A model generated the notes under the pieces. That model did not search any database. It was given only the letters and a program-made list of their open reading frames with translations, and was not told the DNA's origin. A stretch of DNA of 64,000 nucleotides from an uncultured Chloroflexia bacterium (GTDB lineage: Bacteria; Chloroflexota; Limnocylindria; Limnocylindrales; CSP1-4). The position numbers were made by a program, and so were the translations under genes. This document shows positions 1 through 10,031 of the stretch, in pieces (position 1 is the stretch's first letter; every line of letters starts with the position of its first letter). The stretch spans positions 517,015-581,014 of the forward strand of contig CAVSKY010000006.1 of NCBI GenBank assembly GCA_963728745.1, in the 5' to 3' direction.

Positions 1-1174
1 GCGTCGACGTCCAGGACACGACGGATCGCGGCGGCAAGATCGGCCGACCGGAGTGATGCGGCGACGACGCCAAGATCGTGGGTCTGCACCAGCTCGGCCA
101 TCACGTCGAGCCCTGGCCCTAGCACTACCGGCGTGCCAGCGGCGACCGACTCCCAGAACTTGTTCGGGGACGAGGCGCGCTGGTTCTCGGACACCGGCGG
201 CAACGGGACCACGACCGCGTCGGCGGACGCTGTCCACTCGAGGAGCTCGTCGGGATGGACCGCAGGCAGCGTGAAATGGCGACCCGCGAACGCGGGCTCG
301 GTGTCACGCGCGCGGCGTGCCTCGTACTCACGCCCGAAGCCGATCAGACACAGGACCGCGTCGTCGACTTCGAGCACGGCCCGTGCGGCTTCGTCGATCC
401 CCAGGTGCGGGCCGAGACGTCCCTGGAACAACACGATCCGGGTAGACGAGGAGAGGCCAAGGCGACCGCGCAGGATGTCGGGCACGGGATCATCCGGGCC
501 AAGCACGCGCTCAGGCCAGTTGGGGATGACGGTCGGGCGTGCGGTGCCCCACCGTCGCCGCAGTCGATCGGCGAGGGCGTCGTTTACGGTCGTGCGGGCA
601 TCGGCCGCTCTGGCCCAACGGCGTTCGCGCCGGGAGAGCAGCGACCGAACGGGCCGCGGCACGCGAAGGAAGTTGTTGCCTTCGACGACGTTGTCGATAG
701 CGTCGTAGACGACGAGGCTGCGGCGACCCGCCGCGCCGTCTCGCGCGCGGGCAGCAAGCGCCGGCGCGATCGCCAGGCTGCCACAGGCGTGATACAGGTC
801 GGCCGGCGCCAGTTCCGCCTCGAGCGTCGCCCACCAGCCGCGGACGGTGTGCGGCCAGAACGCCCAGCGGCGCAGCGCTCCGGCGAGCCGGCGCGCGATG
901 CGCACCGGGCTGCCGAGGATGCCCCCGCGACGACGCGGCGCTGCCGGCTGGAACGTCGCAGCCATCGACGCCCACGGTCCGCTCGGCCGGTAACGCCGGA
1001 GCGTGATCGGACCCTCACGTTCCAGGTCGGCCAGCTCGGGCGTCGCGGGCGTCGCGACCGCTGCGATCTCCACGGCGTACCCGGCCCGGTCGAGGGCACG
1101 GGCGATGCGCAAGCCACGCGAGTACGGCGCCGCAGGGTTGCCGACGAGGACGACGGCGCGCGGCCGTGTCGCCA
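1..1174 (-). CDS. Glycosyltransferase family 1 (GT4-like), truncated by window edge (N-terminus at ~1174, C-terminus beyond position 1)
   Basis: Manual minus-strand translation gives a clean Arg-poor protein (…VVYDAIDNVVEGNNF…, …SPNKFWESVAAGTPVV…), with GT1-type C-terminal motifs. A GTG start lies ~7 nt after the stop of the upstream gene at 1181. It is not in the ORF track because no stop codon falls in the window. Confidence 0.55.
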
Positions 1175-1180
1175 CGGCGC

Positions 1181-2584
1181 TCACCACGCCCGGCCGGTCA
1201 GCCGCCCGTAGGCCTCGAAGAGCGTTGCCGCCTGTGCCTCCCAGTTGTACCGCGCGTGGGCAGCCGCATGGCCGCGCTCGCCGTACCCGCGGCGCAGCTC
1301 GGCTGGGGCCTCGATGATCGCCCGGATCGCCGCGGCGATGGACCCCGGATCGGTCGGGTCGCACAGCTCGCCGCAACGGGTCTCGGCCACGATCGACGCC
1401 ATGCCCGGCAGGTCCGACGCCACGACCGGGACCCCCGCCGCCATCGCCTCGAACAGCTTGTTCGGCGTGGTCAGGCGGTGGTTGAGCGTCGAGGGCTGGA
1501 TCGGCATCGCAGCGACGTCCGCTGAGGCCACCCAGTCATGGAGGACGTCGGGCGCCACGGCCGGCAGGACGTGGATGCGGTCGGCGGCCGCGGAACCCGC
1601 GATCAGCCCGGGCAGGCTGGCCGCCAGCACGCCGTAGCCCATCAGGACCAGGCGGGCCGAGGGGACATCGTCGATGGCGACGATGAGCTGCTCGATCCCT
1701 CGGTCGGGGAACAGGCCCCCGTGATACAGGACCACCGGTACCTCGGATGGCAGGCCGAGACGCTGGTGCAGTAGCCGCGGCGCCCCGGGTGGCGGCGTGT
1801 AGCGATACGAGCAGTTCATGACGACGAGCGGGCGCTCGATCCGGAGGCGCTCCTCGAGGACATCGGCGTACGCGTCGTTGACCGTCACGACCCTCGCCGC
1901 CGCATGTGCCCAGCGGCGCTCCGCCGCGGCGAGCAGCGAGCGCGCCGGACCGCGCATGCGGGCGAGGTTGCGGGCCTCGAGGTAGATGTCCCGCGCGTCG
2001 TAGACGACCGGCGCGCGATCACGGTCGCCGAGCCCGAGCGCGACCGGGATGCCCATGTACGCCATCCCGTGATACAGGTCCCCGCGCGGCGAGATCGCGC
2101 GAGCGTTCTTGCGGTGGGAGCGGATCGTGAGCGGGATGGCCAGCCGGCGGATCAGCCCGGCGAGGGCCCTCCGTGGCAGCGAGGCGCGACGACCGGCCGC
2201 CGCGCCTCCGGTCATCGAGGGAGCCGGGGAGCCGGCATCCTCCGGGGCGCCGCTGACGTCGCCGGCCATCGGCGCCGTCGCCTCTACGCGCGCCGCCTGG
2301 AGTCCACGGCGGCGACGGAGCCAGCGCCCCAGCCACGCTCGGATCCCGGGCAGCGGCAGCCCGTCGGCTGAGCCGGCTGTGACCCGCAGGATCCGATAGC
2401 CGGCCGGATGCCGTTCCTCCGTCGGCAGCCCGGCCTGCGCCCGGGCGATGACCGTGACCTCGTGGCCGCGGGCGATCGCGGTCGTCGCGATGCGATAGGT
2501 CCGCGAGTCGAACTCGCCGGTCGACGGCAGGACGACCACGAGATGCTGGGGGACGATCGCCTCACGCTGCGCGGGGCCCGTCAT
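1181..2584 (-). CDS. Glycosyltransferase family 1 (GT4)
   Basis: 467-aa ORF. The C-terminus EAMAAGVPVVASDLPGMASIV…GELCDP is the classic GT4 E-x7-E / sugar-donor binding region. Its start overlaps the stop of the upstream epimerase gene (ATGA). Confidence 0.85.
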   Translation of the reverse strand: MTGPAQREAIVPQHLVVVLPSTGEFDSRTYRIATTAIARGHEVTVIARAQAGLPTEERHPAGYRILRVTAGSADGLPLPGIRAWLGRWLRRRRGLQAARVEATAPMAGDVSGAPEDAGSPAPSMTGGAAAGRRASLPRRALAGLIRRLAIPLTIRSHRKNARAISPRGDLYHGMAYMGIPVALGLGDRDRAPVVYDARDIYLEARNLARMRGPARSLLAAAERRWAHAAARVVTVNDAYADVLEERLRIERPLVVMNCSYRYTPPPGAPRLLHQRLGLPSEVPVVLYHGGLFPDRGIEQLIVAIDDVPSARLVLMGYGVLAASLPGLIAGSAAADRIHVLPAVAPDVLHDWVASADVAAMPIQPSTLNHRLTTPNKLFEAMAAGVPVVASDLPGMASIVAETRCGELCDPTDPGSIAAAIRAIIEAPAELRRGYGERGHAAAHARYNWEAQAATLFEAYGRLTGRAW

Positions 2585-3672
2585 CCCAAGGCCGCCACGA
2601 TCGCATCGACCGCACCCGCAGGTTCCAGACGGAGGTCCGCCGCCCGCCGCCGCGCATCGCCTGATGCCCGCTCGAGCGGCGCCAGCCGGTCGAGCTCGGC
2701 GCGAGCCCGCTCAGCATCGAGACCGACGACCACCATCGTGCCGCCGGAGTCGGCCAGTGCCTCCACCCACTCGGTCGTGCCACGCAGGATCAGGCACGGC
2801 ACGCGCAGCCAGGCGGCCTCACGCTGGACCCCGCCCGAATCCGTGAGCACCGCGGCGGCGTGCACCTGGAGTCCGAGCGTGGTCCGGTAGCCCTGCGGGT
2901 CGATGACGCGAACGTCGCCGGCCAGGTCGATACCTGCCGCCTCGAGCGCCACGCGCGTGCCCGGATGGAGTGCCAGGATCACCGGGCGCTCCGGCCTCGC
3001 GACCGCGCCGAGCAAGGACGCCCACGCCGCCATGGCTGCGGGCGTCCGGTTCTCCGCACGGTGGATGGTCGCGAACAGGTACTGGCCGGGCTGCAGGCCG
3101 GCATCGACCACGCCGAGCACCATGGGGTCGCGCACCGCAGCCGCCGTCCGCGCGGCCAGGTCCTGCATCACGTCGCCGACCTGGACGACGCCGTCGACGA
3201 TGCCCTCGGCTGCCAGGTTCGCGACCGCCTGCGGGGTCGGGGCGAACAGCCAGCGCGAAAGGTGATCCGCGACGACCCGGTTGATCTCCTCCGGCATGCT
3301 CCTGTCGAACGAACGCAGGCCCGCCTCGACGTGGGCCACCGGCAGGCCCTGGCGGGCGGCGACGAGCGCGGCCGCGAGGGTCGTGTTCGTGTCGCCGTAG
3401 ACCAGGACCGCATCCGGCCGGATCGACGCCAGGACCGGGTCGAGGGCGACCATCATCCGGCCCGTCTGGTCGGCGCCGCTGCCGCCACCGACCCCCAGGT
3501 CATGCTCGGGCCGGCCAAGACCGAGCTCGCGGAAGAACGAGCCCGCCAACGCGTCGTCGTAGTGCTGGCCCGTATCGACGAGCTGGGTATCGAACCTGGC
3601 GCGCAGGGCCGGCTCGAGGGCGGCTGCCTTGATGAGCTGCGGTCGCGTCCCGACGACGCTGACGATCCGCAC
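2581..3672 (-). CDS. UDP-N-acetylglucosamine 2-epimerase (non-hydrolysing), WecB/WbpI-like
   Basis: RIVSVVGTRPQLIK…HVEAGLRSFDRSMPEEINR… motifs. The ORF-track call (to 3900) has a 76-aa Arg-rich N-terminal extension; the likely GTG start is at ~3672 (VRIVSVVG). Confidence 0.85.
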   Translation of the reverse strand: MRIVSVVGTRPQLIKAAALEPALRARFDTQLVDTGQHYDDALAGSFFRELGLGRPEHDLGVGGGSGADQTGRMMVALDPVLASIRPDAVLVYGDTNTTLAAALVAARQGLPVAHVEAGLRSFDRSMPEEINRVVADHLSRWLFAPTPQAVANLAAEGIVDGVVQVGDVMQDLAARTAAAVRDPMVLGVVDAGLQPGQYLFATIHRAENRTPAAMAAWASLLGAVARPERPVILALHPGTRVALEAAGIDLAGDVRVIDPQGYRTTLGLQVHAAAVLTDSGGVQREAAWLRVPCLILRGTTEWVEALADSGGTMVVVGLDAERARAELDRLAPLERASGDARRRAADLRLEPAGAVDAIVAALG

Positions 3673-3680
3673 GCGGCCGG

Positions 3681-5129
3681 TCAGTCGACGGCGACCGGCG
3701 CCCGCCGGTCGTCCGGCACTCCCACGCCGCGATACGCGACACCGGCAGCCAGCCGGCCGACGAGCCGCGAGAGGCTGTTCCGGCCGTCGTACACGACCCG
3801 CAGGTCCGGAAACCAAGCTGGGTCGAGGTCCAGCCAGGCCGGGTCGGCGGTCTGCGTGATGATCGCCACGACGCCCGGCGCGGCGGATCCCCACGCCCAC
3901 GGGCCGGCACCCGCTCGCGAGATCTCGGCGTCATCCAGAAGCGGATCGTGGGCCAGGACCCGCGCCCCTCGCTCCTTGAGCCTCTCGATGAGCGGCCCCG
4001 CCCGCGAATACGCAAGCTCCTTGACCCCATGACGGTAGGTCAGCCCGAGGACGAGCACGACCGCGCCGTCGAGGTCCGGCAGCGCGTCCGCCACGGCCTC
4101 GACCGCCCGCTCGACCTGGCCGTCGTTGACCTCGCGTGCCCGCGCCACCAGTGACAGCTCCGGGGCGCGATCGAGCAGGAAGTGTGGGTAGACCGGGATG
4201 CAGTGCCCGCCGACGCCGATGCCCGGCTGGTGGATGTGGCTGTATGGCTGGCTGTTCGCGGCAGCGATCACCTCGGTGATGTCGACGCCGATGCGCTCGG
4301 CATAGCGGGCGAACTCGTTGGCGAGCGCGATGTTGACGTCGCGGTACGTGGTGTCGGCGAGCTTCGAGAACTCGGCGGCCTCGGTCGATGACATCGCCAC
4401 GACCTCGGCGTCGAGCACGCTCTCGTAGAACGCCGCGGCGAGGGCGGTCGACGCCTCGTCCAGCCCACCGACCAGCTTGGGGTAGGTGGCCAGATTCTCG
4501 ATCGCGGCGCCGCTGTACAGCCGCTCTGGCGAGAACGCCACGTGGAAGCGCCGCTCCCCCGTCCCGCTTGCGGACAGCCCGCTGATCTCCTCGAGCCGCG
4601 GAGCGTAGCGGTCGCGCGTGTCGCCGACCGGGAGTGTGGTCTCGAAGATGACGACCGAGCCCGGGTGGATGCCGGGCGCGATCGACTCGACCGCCGCGTC
4701 CATCCAGCGATGATCGGGGTGCTGGCTCGCGTCGAGCATGACCGGGACGATGAGGACGACGACGTCGGCGGCCCGTGCGGCCTCGCTGCCATCGGTCGTC
4801 GCGCGCAGGCGGCCAGCTGCGTGGGCACGCTCGACGAGGTCGCCAAGACCCGGCTCCTCGCCCACATGCGAGCGGCCGGCGTTGATCGACTCGACCACGC
4901 GCGGGTCGATGTCCACGGCGACGACATCCCAGCCGTGCCCGGCGAACTGTGCGGCCAGCGGCAGACCCATCTTGCCGGCGCCCACGACCGCCACGGTCCC
5001 GGCGGTGCCCGGCTCGCCGGTCCACGGCGTCACCGTCCGTGTCTCGCCATGGCGACAGGGGCGTGGCGGCAGCCGGATCGAGCCGCCGGCCAGGTCGGCC
5101 GTGCTGCTCGGCCGGGTCGACGGGCTCAT
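3681..5129 (-). CDS. UDP-N-acetyl-D-glucosamine/mannosamine 6-dehydrogenase (nucleotide-sugar dehydrogenase family, WecC/WbpA-like)
   Basis: Rossmann motif VAVVGAGKMGLPLAAQF and the UDP-glucose/GDP-mannose dehydrogenase central and C-terminal domains (GGHCIPVYP). The true start may be an internal GTG near 5033, since the first ~30 aa are low-complexity. Confidence 0.8.
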   Translation of the reverse strand: MSPSTRPSSTADLAGGSIRLPPRPCRHGETRTVTPWTGEPGTAGTVAVVGAGKMGLPLAAQFAGHGWDVVAVDIDPRVVESINAGRSHVGEEPGLGDLVERAHAAGRLRATTDGSEAARAADVVVLIVPVMLDASQHPDHRWMDAAVESIAPGIHPGSVVIFETTLPVGDTRDRYAPRLEEISGLSASGTGERRFHVAFSPERLYSGAAIENLATYPKLVGGLDEASTALAAAFYESVLDAEVVAMSSTEAAEFSKLADTTYRDVNIALANEFARYAERIGVDITEVIAAANSQPYSHIHQPGIGVGGHCIPVYPHFLLDRAPELSLVARAREVNDGQVERAVEAVADALPDLDGAVVLVLGLTYRHGVKELAYSRAGPLIERLKERGARVLAHDPLLDDAEISRAGAGPWAWGSAAPGVVAIITQTADPAWLDLDPAWFPDLRVVYDGRNSLSRLVGRLAAGVAYRGVGVPDDRRAPVAVD

Positions 5130-6160
5130 GCCGACACCAGCTCGACGGTCCGCTGCTCCCGCGCGGCCGTCAGCAGCGCGTGCGCGAGCACGACCGCCCA
5201 GCGCCCGTCCTCGCCGTCGACGACCGGCCGGCCGCCGCTTCGGACGACGCCCAGGAACGCGGCGAGCTCGACGGCGAGTGGCTCCTCATTGGAGACCGGC
5301 AGCTCGACCATGTCGCCGGCGAACGTCGGCGCGTAGCCGCCGATCAGCCGCGGGTTGGTCATATCCGAGGCCCGCGTGAACGTCAGGCGCTGCGTCAGGT
5401 AATCGAGCTCGAACATGCCCTCCTCGCCGACCACCGCCAGCTGGCGGCGCTTGACCGGCGTGAGCCAGTCGACATCGAGCATCGCGACGGTCCCCGACGG
5501 GAATGACATCAGGCCGAAGAGCAGGTCCTCGTGGTCGGCGTGGATCCGCTGCGCGGTCTCCGCGAACACGCGCACGGGCCGTTCGCCGGCGATCCAGGAC
5601 AGGATGTCGACATCATGCGTGGCGAGATCGACGGTGACCCCGACGTCGCGGATGCGAGCGGGGAACGGGCCAGAGCGACGGCTGGTGATGGCGAACACGG
5701 ACGACAGCCAACCGCCATCGTGGAGCAACCGCCCGAGCTCGAGCACCGCTGGGTTGAAGCGCTCGACGTGGCCGACCTGGAGGGGCATCCCGCGCGAACG
5801 CGCCGCATCGACGAGCGCGGCGGCCTCCTCGGGTGTCGCGGCCAACGGCTTCTCGACGAGCGTCACGACGCCCCGTTCGATCGCGGCGAGCGCCAGCGCG
5901 ACGTGCGTGGTGGTCGGCGAGGCGATGACGACGGCGTCGAGATCGGCCTCCCCGAGCAGCGCCATCGGCTCGGCGAAGCCCTGCGCCTCGGTCCCCGCTG
6001 TCGCACCATCGAGTGCGTCGCGGTCGGGGTCGGCGACGGCGACGAGGCGGGCCCCCGGCATCGATGACAGGATCCGGAGATGGTTGCGGCCCATCGAGCC
6101 GAGGCCGATGAGGCCGACGCGGAGCTCGCGCTCCCCCGCCGGTACCCAGGCGCTCGTCAT
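5126..6160 (-). CDS. Gfo/Idh/MocA family NAD-dependent oxidoreductase (WbpB-like UDP-GlcNAcA 3-dehydrogenase candidate)
   Basis: N-terminal LRVGLIGLGSMGRNHLRIL Rossmann motif and EKPLA motif typical of the Gfo/Idh/MocA family. It sits between the dehydrogenase and the DegT aminotransferase. Confidence 0.8.
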   Translation of the reverse strand: MTSAWVPAGERELRVGLIGLGSMGRNHLRILSSMPGARLVAVADPDRDALDGATAGTEAQGFAEPMALLGEADLDAVVIASPTTTHVALALAAIERGVVTLVEKPLAATPEEAAALVDAARSRGMPLQVGHVERFNPAVLELGRLLHDGGWLSSVFAITSRRSGPFPARIRDVGVTVDLATHDVDILSWIAGERPVRVFAETAQRIHADHEDLLFGLMSFPSGTVAMLDVDWLTPVKRRQLAVVGEEGMFELDYLTQRLTFTRASDMTNPRLIGGYAPTFAGDMVELPVSNEEPLAVELAAFLGVVRSGGRPVVDGEDGRWAVVLAHALLTAAREQRTVELVSA

Positions 6161-7266
6161 CGAGCCGCGCTCTCCTCGGGGACGCGTCGCTTCGCGACGG
6201 CGGCACGGACAGCGTCGATCACCGTCGCCTGGTCCGCCTCGCTCAGGCCCGGGAACATCGGCAGCGACAGGGATCGTGCGGCGGCCCGGTCGGTGACCGG
6301 CAGGTCGGCGCGGATCCCGCGCTCGACGATGTAGCGCTGGCGATGGACGGGGATGGGATAGAAGATGCCGGTCCCGATGCCCGCGGCGGTCAGCTCCGCG
6401 ACGATCGCGTCGCGGTCGTCGCCGACATCCACGGTGTACTGGTGGTACACGTGCGTCCGACCCTCGGGCACGACCGGCGTGCCGATCGCCGTCCCGGCGA
6501 AGCCGTCGTCGTAGCGGCGGGCGATCGCTCGTCGGCGCTCGGTGTTGCGCTCCAGCTTGCCGAACTGGACGAGGCCGATCGCGGCGGCGACATCGGTCAG
6601 GCGGTAGTTGTAGCCGAGGATCTCGTGGTGGTAGCGCTCGCGCATGCCCTGGTTCCGGTAGAGGCGGATCCAGTCGGCGACGCGGTCGTCATCCGTGGTC
6701 ACGAAGCCGCCCTCGGCGGTGGTCATGTTCTTCGTCCCGTAGAGGCTGAACGCCCCGTGGCCGAAGCTGCCGGTCCTGCGTCCCCCGATCGTGGCTCCGT
6801 GCGCCTGACACGCATCCTCCACCACGGTCAGGCCGTGACGCTGGGCGATCTCGGCGATGGCCGGCATGTCGGCAGGCAGACCGAACAGGTCGACCGGGCA
6901 GATCGCCTTCGTCCGCGGCGTGATCGCGACCTCGATCAGGCCGGCGTCCATGTTGTACGTGTCGGGCTCGACGTCGATGAACACGGGCGTGGCGCCCGTG
7001 GACAGCACGGCACTACCCGTCGCGTTGAACGAGTGACTGACCGTGATGACCTCGTCGCCCGGCTTCAGGTCCAGCGCCGCATAGATCGCCATCAGCGCGA
7101 GCGTGCCGTTGGCGACGGCGATCGCATGACGGACGCCGACGAACTCGGCCCAGCGCTCCTCGAGCTCCGCGACCCGTTTGCCCTGCGCGATCATCCCGCT
7201 GCGCAGGACCTCGCTCACCGCCTCGATCTCCTCCTCGCCGATGTCGGGGCGGACGACCGGGATCAT
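6157..7266 (-). CDS. DegT/DnrJ/EryC1/StrS family PLP-dependent sugar aminotransferase (WbpE-like)
   Basis: [17 protein letters not shown]…, [22 protein letters not shown] motifs. The ORF-track call (to 7407) has a 47-aa Arg-rich extension; ATG at ~7266. Confidence 0.85.
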   Translation of the reverse strand: MIPVVRPDIGEEEIEAVSEVLRSGMIAQGKRVAELEERWAEFVGVRHAIAVANGTLALMAIYAALDLKPGDEVITVSHSFNATGSAVLSTGATPVFIDVEPDTYNMDAGLIEVAITPRTKAICPVDLFGLPADMPAIAEIAQRHGLTVVEDACQAHGATIGGRRTGSFGHGAFSLYGTKNMTTAEGGFVTTDDDRVADWIRLYRNQGMRERYHHEILGYNYRLTDVAAAIGLVQFGKLERNTERRRAIARRYDDGFAGTAIGTPVVPEGRTHVYHQYTVDVGDDRDAIVAELTAAGIGTGIFYPIPVHRQRYIVERGIRADLPVTDRAAARSLSLPMFPGLSEADQATVIDAVRAAVAKRRVPEESAAR

Positions 7267-7901
7267 GCGGGCGCTCCTTGCTCGAGGACCGGACCGGACC
7301 GCTCCTCGAGCGTCTCGCCATCGGGGATGTAGACGTACTCGCGCTCGCACGAGGGGCAGGCGAACCGGCCGCCCGCGCCCTCGTCGAGGCGGGTGCCGCA
7401 GGCACACACCCAGCCGATGCGGCGGGCCGGGTTGCCGGCCACGAGCGCGTGGTCGGGGACGGGGTGGGTGACGACCGCTCCGGCGCCGACCATCGCGTAG
7501 GTCCCGATGTCGCAGCCCGCGACGATCACTGCGCCTGCGCCGATGGAGGCGCCGTCAGCAAGATGGATGGGCGTGACCGTCCAGTCGTCGGTCCTCGCCA
7601 GCTCGCCCGTGGCGGTCACCGCTCGCGGGTTGCGATCGTTGGTGAGGATGGCGCCGGGCCCGATGAACACACCGTTCCCGACCGTGACGCCGTGGTAGAC
7701 GAGGGCGGCGTTCTGGACCTTCACGCGGTCGCCCAGCACGACCCCTTCGTCGATGAACGCGTCCCGCCCGATGATGCCGTCGGTGCCGATGGAGGCGCCG
7801 CGGCGGACCTGCGCCCGGTGCCAGATCGAGGTCCGTGCTCCGACGGCGACGTCATCCTCGAGATCGGCAGTCGGGTGGATCCGGGCCGTGGGATCGATCA
7901 T
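7263..7901 (-). CDS. Left-handed beta-helix (hexapeptide-repeat) sugar N-acetyltransferase (WbpD-like)
   Basis: [32 protein letters not shown]… hexapeptide repeats. The ORF-track call (to 8108) includes 69 spurious N-terminal residues; ATG at ~7901. Confidence 0.8.
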   Translation of the reverse strand: MIDPTARIHPTADLEDDVAVGARTSIWHRAQVRRGASIGTDGIIGRDAFIDEGVVLGDRVKVQNAALVYHGVTVGNGVFIGPGAILTNDRNPRAVTATGELARTDDWTVTPIHLADGASIGAGAVIVAGCDIGTYAMVGAGAVVTHPVPDHALVAGNPARRIGWVCACGTRLDEGAGGRFACPSCEREYVYIPDGETLEERSGPVLEQGAPA

Positions 7902-8041
7902 GCGCAGGTCGGGCGCTCCACTGCGGTCTCCTGTGGCCGTCCTCGCACGGCGGTCGTCGTGAACGGCATGGGTGACGGGATGCCGAGTATAGCCGAGGGT
8001 CCGGCGACCCCCGGGTAGCACTCCCCCGGTCGTGGGTCCGT

Positions 8042-8539
8042 TCAGCGCCGCCGGAGGATGCGCGAGATGACACCGATCGCGACGCCGGCCGCGAGGGCGC
8101 CGCGCCAATCGACGATCGGGCGGACCGTGCCCTCCACGCGGGCCGCGATGAGAACCCCGATCGCGCTCGGCTGACGGACGGTCACCTTGCCGCCCACGAC
8201 GGCGCCGACGACCGACTGGTCGACGGTCGACTCGCTACTCGCAACGATGTTCGCCATCGATTGGACGACCCGGTTCTCGTTGCCGATGGCCGCGCCGATG
8301 AGGCCGCGGTCGAGCGAGACCGTGTCGCCCTGGGCGAGCCCGATCCCACCTGAGCTGATCGCGATGTCGGTGGCCCTGGCGCGGCCGATCCCGCCCTGAT
8401 GGATGTCGATGGCCTCGGCGGTCGCGGTCGAGATACCGCCCTGGGTGATGCTGATCGTGCCGGCCTCGGCCGAATACATGCCACCCTGCGTGATCTCGAT
8501 GCGGTCCGCGCGCTGAGTTTCGGTCGTGTCCTCGTCCAT
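8042..8539 (-). CDS. Hypothetical repeat protein: ~15-residue beta-strand repeats (IEITQGG / ISITQGG / IDIHQGG / IAISSGG) plus a C-terminal hydrophobic segment; bactofilin-like or beta-helix-like
   Basis: 165-aa reading frame starting MDEDTTETQ, inside the longer ORF-track call 8042..9190. Clean periodic repeats and a normal amino-acid composition, unlike the upstream extension. Confidence 0.4.
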   Translation of the reverse strand: MDEDTTETQRADRIEITQGGMYSAEAGTISITQGGISTATAEAIDIHQGGIGRARATDIAISSGGIGLAQGDTVSLDRGLIGAAIGNENRVVQSMANIVASSESTVDQSVVGAVVGGKVTVRQPSAIGVLIAARVEGTVRPIVDWRGALAAGVAIGVISRILRRR

Positions 8540-8686
8540 GCCGGCCAGCGTACGCCGCAGACGACGACCACGCGTCGATGGTCTATCCTGCCGCGGTCCG
8601 ACGCGAGCGCCCAGACGCTCACGTGGATGGATGAGGGACACGTGGCCAGTCGCCGTCACCACCGCCATCGCCGTAGCGCCTCGGGC

Positions 8687-9889
8687 ATGACCATCTTCCT
8701 CGGGGCGCTTGCGCTCGCCGGGGTCGCCGGTGTCGGTGTCGGCGCGTTCGCGGCCGGGGCGGTCGGCCCGACGGCGAACTCGACGCCAAGCCAGCCGCTC
8801 GCCTCGCCATCCCCGTCGCCGGAGCCGAGTCGCACAGCCACCCCGTCGCCGACCCCGGAACCCACACCGACGCCCGTCCCGACGCCGACCCCCACGCCCA
8901 CGCCGGAGCCGACGCCGGAACCGGTGCCGGCGCCGCTGACCGGTCGGATGGTCTCGCCGGCCGTGGCGAAGCGCCACGCGATCGCGGTGATGGTCGACGA
9001 CCATCACGACGCGCGGCCGCAGAGTGGCTTCAACGACGCCGCGATCGTGTGGCATGCCCCGGCTGAGGGTGGCATCCCGCGCTACATGCTGATCTTCCAG
9101 GACCGCGTGCCACCGTCGGTCGGTCCCGTGCGAAGCGCGCGCCAGTACTACATCGCGTGGGCCGCCGAATGGAAGGCCGTGTACGCCCACGTGGGCGGCT
9201 CGCCGCAGGCGCTACAGACGTTGCGCCAGCAGGGGCGCGGTCAGCTCGTCTACGACGCCGACCAGTTCCGCTGGGGCAGCGCGTACTTCCATCGGACGCG
9301 CGATCGGTTCGCGCCGCACAACGTGTACACGAGTGGCAAGGAGCTGCGGCGGCTGGCGTCGCGTCTCGGAGCGAAGGACTCGGCCATCAAACCCGCATGG
9401 CGGTTCGGCACGGACAAGCATCTCCTGCTGCGACCGGCGGGGACACGGATCACCGTGGTCTACTCCCAGAACACGATCACCTATCGATATGACCGCCGAT
9501 CGAACACGTACCTGCGCAGCGTGAGCGGCGAGAAGCGGCAGATCGATCGGGGGGTCGACAAGCCGGTGGCGCCCAAGAACGTCATCGTCATGTCGATGTC
9601 GTTCGGGCGGCTCAACGACGGCAGCCGGAAGAACCGGCTCGAGGCCCAGTTCATCGGCCGTGGCACCGCCTGGATCTCGACCAACGGGACCACGGTGAAG
9701 GGCACGTGGCGCAAGCGGTCGATGATCGACCCGACCCGCTTCTACGACGCGGCCGGCAAGCCGGTGCGGCTCACCGTCGGCCAGACATTCATCCAGGTCA
9801 TGCCGCGCGGGTCGAAGATCACGATCAAGGACGGCAAGGTGCCGAAGTACGTCCCGACGTTCCGCCAGTTGCGCAACGAGGCGAGGTAA
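8687..9889 (+). CDS. DUF3048 domain-containing secreted/membrane-anchored protein (YerB-like)
   Basis: Signal/anchor MTIFLGALALAGVAGVGVGAFAAG, a Pro/Thr/Glu-rich linker (PTPEPTPTPVPTPTPTPTPEPTPEP), then the DUF3048 core (AVMVDDHHDARPQSGFNDAAIVWHAPAEGGIPRYMLIF). Alternative upstream starts are 8627 or 8399. Confidence 0.7.
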   Translation: MTIFLGALALAGVAGVGVGAFAAGAVGPTANSTPSQPLASPSPSPEPSRTATPSPTPEPTPTPVPTPTPTPTPEPTPEPVPAPLTGRMVSPAVAKRHAIAVMVDDHHDARPQSGFNDAAIVWHAPAEGGIPRYMLIFQDRVPPSVGPVRSARQYYIAWAAEWKAVYAHVGGSPQALQTLRQQGRGQLVYDADQFRWGSAYFHRTRDRFAPHNVYTSGKELRRLASRLGAKDSAIKPAWRFGTDKHLLLRPAGTRITVVYSQNTITYRYDRRSNTYLRSVSGEKRQIDRGVDKPVAPKNVIVMSMSFGRLNDGSRKNRLEAQFIGRGTAWISTNGTTVKGTWRKRSMIDPTRFYDAAGKPVRLTVGQTFIQVMPRGSKITIKDGKVPKYVPTFRQLRNEAR

Positions 9890-9905
9890 GGCGACTGGAC
9901 TGTGT

Positions 9906-9933
9906 GGCGGCGGTGAGCCCGCAAGGCGCCGCC
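9906..9933 (+). terminator. GC-rich hairpin (GGCGGCG…CGCCGCC) 20 nt after the DUF3048 stop; putative intrinsic terminator without a strong U-tract
   Basis: Inverted repeat ggcggcggtgagcccgcaaggcgccgcc seen directly. High-GC genomes often lack the T-run. Confidence 0.3.
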
Positions 9934-10031
9934 GAGCACCGGAGCGAGCGCACTCCGATGTGCGTGAGCGACGGCGCACAGGCGGCAAACGACGCGATGG
10001 GCGGAGGTCACCGCCGCCCGGATGGTCCCGC

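Noticed and set aside
255-1211. 318-aa plus-strand ORF across the start of the window
   Set aside because: Extremely Arg/Asp/Gly-rich, typical antisense reading of high-GC coding DNA. The opposite strand gives a clean GT4-like protein.
2860-5025. Overlapping long ORFs 2860..4032 (+), 3931..5025 (-) and 4542..5336 (+)
   Set aside because: Arg/Pro/Gly-rich shadows of the epimerase and dehydrogenase genes, which have strong homology signatures in their own frame.
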